This document shows, in pieces, positions 59,301-64,000 of a DNA stretch of 64,000 nt. This DNA is from Chitinophagales bacterium. GTDB taxonomy: Bacteria > Bacteroidota > Bacteroidia > Chitinophagales > Chitinophagaceae. How positions within the stretch are numbered: position 1 is the first letter of the stretch; the number at the start of each line of letters is the position of its first letter. The DNA lies in contig JBBSKH010000003.1 in the NCBI GenBank assembly GCA_038256495.1, forward strand, positions 1,929 through 65,928. The letters run 5' to 3'. Under the pieces are notes generated by a model. That model had not been told where the DNA came from, ran no database searches, and was given only the letters and a program-made list of their open reading frames with translations. Both the position numbers and the translations under genes were made by a program.

Positions 59301-61004
59301 ACCAAGGGAACAGACAATGCATTTAATATAGATGGTTACTATAATTACAAAGACAGCATTGGCGACCGGATGAATACAAGGCTACTGGCTGAAAGAATAA
59401 ATATGAATATACTGGAACCTTACCTTGCTACGGTGTTCAGTAAAATAAATGGATTTGGTAAGGCAAACCTTGTAATAAAAGGTGCCCAGAATATGACCAT
59501 CGTGGGAGATGTGGATGTAGATACTGCGGCACTAACGGTTGCCTTTACCCAATGCAAATACATCTTCAATAACCAACGCATACATTTTGGAGAAAACCTG
59601 ATAGACTTTGGACAGTTAAAAATAAGAGATACGCTAAATAACACAGGTGTGGTGGCGGGTAAGCTATACCATAAATTCTTTAAAGAGTTTGAATTTGAAA
59701 ACATACGTGTAGAAACTTCGAAAATGCTTTTGCTAAATACCCGTAAAAAAGACAATGCACAGTTTTACGGAAATGTTATTGGCAATGCGTTGATGACCAT
59801 CAACGGTTCTATTACGAACCTGCAAATGAATATTGACGGTCAGCCCAGTATTTTTGACAGCAGCCATATTTACCTGAACACCGGCGAAACCGGCCGGGAA
59901 AGCGGTAGTGTTGATTATATAAATTTTATTCAGTTTGGTTCCGAAATGGATAAGCCTTTGGGTACTAACAAAGCTGCCAACATAACCGTGAATATGAATA
60001 TAACGGCTAACCCTGCCTGTAAAGTAGATGTGATATTAGATGAAGAAACAGGTGATGTTATTAAAGGACAGGGCAATGGTAAACTTAATATAAGGGTAGG
60101 AACTACTGAGGCGCTGAGTATTAGAGGCCGGTATGAAATTACACAGGGAGAATATACTTTTAACTTTCAAACCCTGCTGAAGAAACCTTTTATCCTCAGC
60201 CGTGGCTCTATCACATGGAACGGCGATCCTTATCTTGCACAGATTGACATTGATGCCCGTTATGTGGCAGAAAGAGTGGATATCAGCAGCATTACTTCCA
60301 GCAGCAATGTAAGAAGCAGGGAAGATATCATCATCCTATCAAAACTTACAGGTAGCCTTACCAAGCCAGAAATAACTTTTGAATTCCTGTTGCCGGAAAA
60401 TAGTGAATGGAACCGTGATTATTTCACCGTAAAAAAACTGGCCGATTTCCAGAATGATAAGAATGAAATGTACAAACAAGTAGCAAGCCTACTGCTCGTA
60501 AATACATTTATCACCGGCAACCAGTCATTCTTAAACGGTGGCAACACTTATAACCTTGCGGCCAGCAGTATTGGCGGTGTTGTAAGCGATTTTCTTACCA
60601 AGGTATTTAATAAGGAACTGGAGCGGGCTACCAAGGGTGTGGTATCTACCTACATTGATATAAACCCATCTGTAGACCTGCAAAGTACTGCCCGGCAGTT
60701 GCAGGCAAATGTTCGTGCCGGGTTGAAAATATTCCTTAGTAATCGCATCAAGTTCCTTGTGGGTGGTAACCTTGATTATAATAATCCTTACTTACAAACC
60801 TCGGGCTTACTTACGCCGGATATTAATATAGAGTGGCTGCTGAATAAAGACGGTTCTATTAAAGTGGTAGGATTTAGCAAAACCAGCACCGATCTCACCA
60901 GTAACCAGCGTAACCGCTCGGGCGTAAAATTATCTTATCGCAAAGATTTTAATAAGCTATCCGATATCTTTAAAAGCAGGAAAAAAATTCAGGCCGAAAA
61001 TTAA
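56310..61004 (+). CDS. tamB: Translocation and assembly module protein TamB (DUF490 family)
   Basis: N-terminal signal anchor (KKVLLVLLLLLVLLYGLL), a beta-rich body of about 1500 aa, and a C-terminal DUF490-like region. There is no ATG near the start, so it apparently uses TTG (56310) or GTG (56349). Confidence 0.8.
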   Translation: MIFLRKFFNILKKVLLVLLLLLVLLYGLLHLSSVQTWVVKKIAGRLSEQLDTRVTIQSVDLEFFNNLVLKGLMVEDRSKDTLLYAGTTKANLTDWFFLKDKITVNNIELEDANINMRRTDSIWNYQFLVDFFSTPKNNKKKKKGVEIDVKEIHLKNVVFNKFDKWVGQGMTASIKKLDVLIDKVDIPGKQVIIREIYLEKPVFAQSDFEGLKPVENDLTDIMAKIPVVSAFKWNNSGWVAKIQKIQIVNGAFQNDKLTDRAAYTDRFDGQHVHFSNINGSATDVLFLNDTLQVNISLKAKEKNGLDIKKFESHLRFTPELMEFNRLDLQTNKSKLGDYYAMRYSTFNKDMSSFIHNINLEAHFKESVLSTDDLAIFAPDLSDMKRVFFLEGNAKGTIDNFNVRAMKIRTGNTFLDGDLSMRGLPDINNTFIDLRARTFKTTYNDLAGIVPSLRKVKTPALYKLGAIEYEGSYTGFIKDFVAYGKIRTNLGTVVADLNMKIGNNGQAAYSGKINTGGFELGAFLNNKNLGTIAVNGVIKGQNFAVKDLKANFKGKVQKLDYAGYTYQNIIINGDFEKQIFRGKASIDDPNLKIANLEGEISLSGKELAFNADADVTFADLQKIGLSKDKITFSGVFGLNFTGNSIDNFLGTATVKDASLQHEDQLLSFDSLTLRSFIENDKKTLSLKSNELDATISGQFKIMQLPNAFKVFLARYYPTYFPVPKDRVDNQDFSFNIKTYNIDEYIRLFDNRLAGFNNASIDGSLALNNYRLNVNAFVPYFSYDGKVFTNTDLKANGNQDTLFAKLDVEDIALNDSLHFPETTLQLAAHNDLSRINLKTSSGNILNDADLNASIETLNDGVRVHFFPSTFILNGKQWRLEEDGEISIRKNYIDANKVQFVNNDQEIVISSELDDVTDDIHLVASLKNVIIQDFLPFWLPNPSLKGKLTGEVKLKDYFDKQNISFIGIADSLTLNDSYIGRTNLESHINTSTGKIDYKISTKGTDNAFNIDGYYNYKDSIGDRMNTRLLAERINMNILEPYLATVFSKINGFGKANLVIKGAQNMTIVGDVDVDTAALTVAFTQCKYIFNNQRIHFGENLIDFGQLKIRDTLNNTGVVAGKLYHKFFKEFEFENIRVETSKMLLLNTRKKDNAQFYGNVIGNALMTINGSITNLQMNIDGQPSIFDSSHIYLNTGETGRESGSVDYINFIQFGSEMDKPLGTNKAANITVNMNITANPACKVDVILDEETGDVIKGQGNGKLNIRVGTTEALSIRGRYEITQGEYTFNFQTLLKKPFILSRGSITWNGDPYLAQIDIDARYVAERVDISSITSSSNVRSREDIIILSKLTGSLTKPEITFEFLLPENSEWNRDYFTVKKLADFQNDKNEMYKQVASLLLVNTFITGNQSFLNGGNTYNLAASSIGGVVSDFLTKVFNKELERATKGVVSTYIDINPSVDLQSTARQLQANVRAGLKIFLSNRIKFLVGGNLDYNNPYLQTSGLLTPDINIEWLLNKDGSIKVVGFSKTSTDLTSNQRNRSGVKLSYRKDFNKLSDIFKSRKKIQAEN

Positions 61005-61042
61005 GAGAGGAATATCGAATGTACGACTGTCATCTAACACCT

Positions 61043-61162
61043 AACTTTTGAATTATGAGTGATGAATTATGAATGTTGAATTCCCTTTTTGACTTTTAAC
61101 TTTTGACTTTTGATCCCGATGGCAATCGGGAAACTTTTGACTTTTAACTTTTGACTTTTAAC
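61043..61162. repeat. Intergenic heptamer repeat blocks ([G/A]ACTTTT) flanking a 7-bp hairpin, plus GAATTATGA repeats
   Basis: GACTTTT AACTTTT GACTTTT at 61091..61111. Hairpin TCCCGAT-ggca-ATCGGGA at 61114..61131. AACTTTT GACTTTT AACTTTT GACTTTT at 61132..61159. Upstream lies AACTTTTGAATTATGAGTGATGAATTATGAATG. Confidence 0.85.
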
Positions 61163-62367
61163 TACAGCCCGTTCAGTATCTCATGCCCCAGCTTATCTCT
61201 TTTTGTAAAAAGGTATTTAGAATTATGTTCGTTGGGTTTCATTTCTATAGATACAGTTTCCACTACTTCAAGGCCATAACCAAGTAAGCCGGCTCTTTTA
61301 CGAGGATTATTGCTCATCAGTTTCATTTTGGTAATACCAAGGCTTCTCAGAATTTGTGCACCTACCCCATAATCTCTTTCATCCATTTCGAAACCAAGTT
61401 GAATGTTTGCTTCCACGGTATCCATACCCTGCTCTTGTAATTTGTATGCCTTTAACTTATTAATGAGCCCGATGCCACGCCCTTCCTGGTTCATATATAA
61501 TACAAGGCCCTTACCTGCAGTTTCAATGTGTTGTAAGGCGTGGTGCAGTTGTTCGCCACAATCGCAACGCAGAGAACCAAGGATATCGCCCGTCATACAA
61601 CTGCTGTGCACCCTTACTAATACAGGTTCATCCTGTTTCCAGTCACCTTTTTTCAAAGCAAGGTGAATATCGCCGGTATTTACCTGCCTGAAGGCGATGA
61701 GCTCAAAACTGCCGTACCTCGTTGGCATGTTTACGCTCACTTCCATTTCAATCAGGGATTCCGTCCTCAGCCGGTAGGCAATCAGGTCTTTTATTGATAT
61801 GATCTTAAGATCAAACTTTTTAGCAATAAGTAATAACTGTGGTAACCTAGCCATGCTGCCATCTTCATTCATGATCTCTACCAGTACACCTGCCGGATCA
61901 AAACCTGCCAATCTTGCAAGGTCAACTGTAGCCTCTGTATGCCCGGTTCTCCTTAAAACACCACCTCTCTTAGCTTTCAAAGGAAAAATATGCCCCGGTC
62001 GCCCTAATTCTTCCGGTCTTGTAGCCGGGTTAACCAATGCCTGAACGGTTTTAGACCGGTCGTGGGCAGAAATACCTGTAGTGCAACCATTGCCCAGCAG
62101 ATCGATACTTACGGTAAAGGCAGTTTCATGGGAGGAAGTATTATCCATAACCATTGGGTGAAGGCTAAGTTGTGCACAACGTTCCTCGGTAATGGCCGCA
62201 CATATCAGGCCCCGGCCATGGGTACTCATAAAATTGATAATCGCCGGTGTTGCCATCTGGGCCGAACCCACAAAATCACCTTCATTTTCCCGGTCTTCGT
62301 CATCAACCACTATCAATAATTTCCCAGCTTTCAGGTCTTCCAGCGCTTCGTCTATTGTATTTAGCAT
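61162..62367 (-). CDS. ribBA: Bifunctional 3,4-dihydroxy-2-butanone-4-phosphate synthase / GTP cyclohydrolase II
   Basis: RibB motifs ([19 protein letters not shown]) followed by RibA motifs ([26 protein letters not shown]). Confidence 0.95.
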   Translation of the reverse strand: MLNTIDEALEDLKAGKLLIVVDDEDRENEGDFVGSAQMATPAIINFMSTHGRGLICAAITEERCAQLSLHPMVMDNTSSHETAFTVSIDLLGNGCTTGISAHDRSKTVQALVNPATRPEELGRPGHIFPLKAKRGGVLRRTGHTEATVDLARLAGFDPAGVLVEIMNEDGSMARLPQLLLIAKKFDLKIISIKDLIAYRLRTESLIEMEVSVNMPTRYGSFELIAFRQVNTGDIHLALKKGDWKQDEPVLVRVHSSCMTGDILGSLRCDCGEQLHHALQHIETAGKGLVLYMNQEGRGIGLINKLKAYKLQEQGMDTVEANIQLGFEMDERDYGVGAQILRSLGITKMKLMSNNPRKRAGLLGYGLEVVETVSIEMKPNEHNSKYLFTKRDKLGHEILNGL

Positions 62368-62601
62368 TGCAATTGTAATTTTTGGCTACAAAGGTACTGA
62401 GTAATGCAGAATGCTAATTGTAAGATTTCGCTTTTCGGAATTTCATATAATAATTATATAAAATACTGTTTAATCCTTTCCTCCGGCAGGTCAAAGCAGC
62501 AAATCCACATAAAAAATAGTCTAATAATTTGTTAACATAAATTAGGAAGCATTCGGCTTTTATTCACTTTCTTTGCACCGTAAAAAAAATCAGAACTAAT
62601 T

Positions 62602-64000
62602 ATGCATTTGAAAAAAATCGTAACAATGATCATTGCCTGTGTGGCAGTATCATTTTCCATCAAGGCTCAGGTAACTACCAGTGATATAACAGGTGTAGTT
62701 TTCAATGAGAAGAATGAAGGATTGGTTGGCGCCAATGTGAAAGCCACCAATACCGCTACTGGGTTTGTAAGGTATACCGTAACACGTAAGGATGGTCGCT
62801 ATGACCTTACCAACCTGAACCCCGGTGGTCCTTACACAGTAGAAGTTACCTTTGTTGGCCAAACCATCAAGGCAAAGGATAATATCTATTTACAATTAGG
62901 AAGCACAGATCGTATCGACTTTTACGCTGAAGGCAATACTTCCAATTTACAGGAGGTTGTTGTAGTTGGCGGCAGAACCGGTCGTACACTTAAAACAGGT
63001 ACATCGGAAAACTTTGGCCAGCGTGCAATTGCAAACATTCCAAACATCAGCCGTAGCATTACCAACTTAACTACACTTACACCACAAGCTGGTGGCGGTA
63101 ACAGTTTTGGAGGTCGTGATGGCAGGTACAACAACATCCAGATTGATGGTGCCGCTTTTAATAACAACTTTGGTTTGAGCAATAACCCATTACCAGGTGG
63201 TGCGGTTTCTCCAATTTCATTAGATGCGATTGATGAGATTACAGTAAATGTTAGCCCGTACGATGTGCGCCAGTCTAACTTTACCGGAGCCGGCATTAGT
63301 GCTACAACCCGCAGGGGTACCAACAAATTTACTGGTAGTGTTTATGGTTATTACAGGAACGAAGGTTTTATAGGAAGGGAAGCTAATGGCAAACCTATTC
63401 CTACATTAGTAGAATCATCTTCTAAAACTTACGGTGCCCGCATTGGCGGCCCGATCATTAAGAACAAATTGTTCTTCTTTGTGAATGCTGAGAAAGTAGT
63501 TACTGACCAGCCAGGTGTTAACTGGAAAGCTACCCGCCCGGGTGGGGTTACAGATGCAAACACTTCAAGGGCCAGGGCAAGTGCTTTGGACAGTGTTAGC
63601 GATTACCTGAGAACAAAGTTTGGTTACGAAACAGGTCCTTACGAGAACCTGGGTAACTTCCTTACAGAAAACCAGAAAGTATTGGCCCGTTTAGACTGGA
63701 ACATTACCTCTAAGCATTCTGCAAGTTTCCGTTACAACTATTCTAAAACAGATGATGACCAGTTGTTGAATGGTAGCAGTGCTCCTAACCCTCGTTCTGC
63801 CAGCAATCGTTGGAGCCAGAACAGTATGAGTTACGAGAATTCTAACTATGCCAACACAAATAAACTTGCTTCTTATGCTTTTGAATTAAAAAGCAACTTT
63901 ACCAGTAGATTATCTAACCAGTTTGTTGCTACTTATACTGAAGCAAATGATCCAAAGAGAAGTTCTAAATCTGCTATTTTCCCTTTCATCGATATTAAAG
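62602..64000 (+). CDS. TonB-dependent receptor (3' end beyond the window)
   Basis: Not in the ORF track because it has no stop in the window. My hand translation is open from ATG 62602 to the window end. It has a signal peptide (MHLKKIVTMIIACVAVSFSIKAQ), a carboxypeptidase-regulatory-like domain (GVVFNEKNEGLVGANVKATNTATG..DGRYDLTNL), and a plug domain (GGRDGRYNNIQIDGA, ISLDAIDEITV). Confidence 0.85.
   Translation, partial: MHLKKIVTMIIACVAVSFSIKAQVTTSDITGVVFNEKNEGLVGANVKATNTATGFVRYTVTRKDGRYDLTNLNPGGPYTVEVTFVGQTIKAKDNIYLQLGSTDRIDFYAEGNTSNLQEVVVVGGRTGRTLKTGTSENFGQRAIANIPNISRSITNLTTLTPQAGGGNSFGGRDGRYNNIQIDGAAFNNNFGLSNNPLPGGAVSPISLDAIDEITVNVSPYDVRQSNFTGAGISATTRRGTNKFTGSVYGYYRNEGFIGREANGKPIPTLVESSSKTYGARIGGPIIKNKLFFFVNAEKVVTDQPGVNWKATRPGGVTDANTSRARASALDSVSDYLRTKFGYETGPYENLGNFLTENQKVLARLDWNITSKHSASFRYNYSKTDDDQLLNGSSAPNPRSASNRWSQNSMSYENSNYANTNKLASYAFELKSNFTSRLSNQFVATYTEANDPKRSSKSAIFPFIDIK

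Noticed and set aside
62368-62601. An FMN (RFN) riboswitch upstream of ribBA.
   Set aside because: The leader is AT-rich and lacks the GC-rich conserved RFN core segments. I could see no matching helices.
1-64000. CRISPR arrays, rRNA/tRNA genes and IS elements anywhere in the window.
   Set aside because: I noticed no regularly spaced direct repeats, tRNA-like cloverleaf candidates in intergenic regions, or transposase-like ORFs while reading both strands. A tRNAscan, Infernal or CRISPR-finder run would be needed to be certain.

Overview
This looks like a chromosomal segment from a Bacteroidota genome, probably Chitinophagia or Sphingobacteriia-like. The evidence is the rpmB-rpmG-DUF4295-ftsY synteny, a TonB-dependent receptor with a carboxypeptidase-regulatory N-domain, many Sec/lipoprotein leaders ending in AQ/AC, A-rich leaders without Shine-Dalgarno sites, and TAnnTTTG-type -7 boxes. 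I support about 50 CDSs, and no rRNA, tRNA, CRISPR array, transposase or integrase. Most genes are housekeeping or stress genes: catalase HPII, OsmC, a cold-shock protein, a MntR/MntH manganese module, SSB plus a LexA-like repressor, SurE, FtsY, L28/L33, RibBA, TamB, GGT, an M14 peptidase, a PIG-L deacetylase, and MFS/APC/SSS transporters. The standout is a self-contained two-gene operon at 8968..18245. It encodes two giant proteins (1724 aa and 1352 aa) with no signal peptides and no catalytic or repeat motif I can recognise. The first protein ends in a roughly 190-aa Gly/Val/Ala-rich hydrophobic beta-type module, and the operon closes with a strong terminator. This is my best candidate for an undescribed system, but I cannot assign it a function from sequence alone. 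The second most interesting locus is a tightly packed six-gene operon at 1766..8073. It joins DUF427, a CxxxxC flavoprotein disulfide reductase, an OpuC/EgtUV-type ABC transporter (ATPase plus fused permease-SBP) and the ergothioneine synthesis genes egtB-egtD. Smaller observations are an ECF sigma factor with an anti-sigma/trypsin-like protease fusion, a perfect 14-bp inverted-repeat operator ahead of a DtxR/MntR-MntH::USP operon, a glucan-phosphorylase homolog whose PLP lysine is replaced by Thr, a heptamer-repeat/hairpin element between tamB and ribBA, and a 56-aa DUF4295 gene missing from the ORF track.
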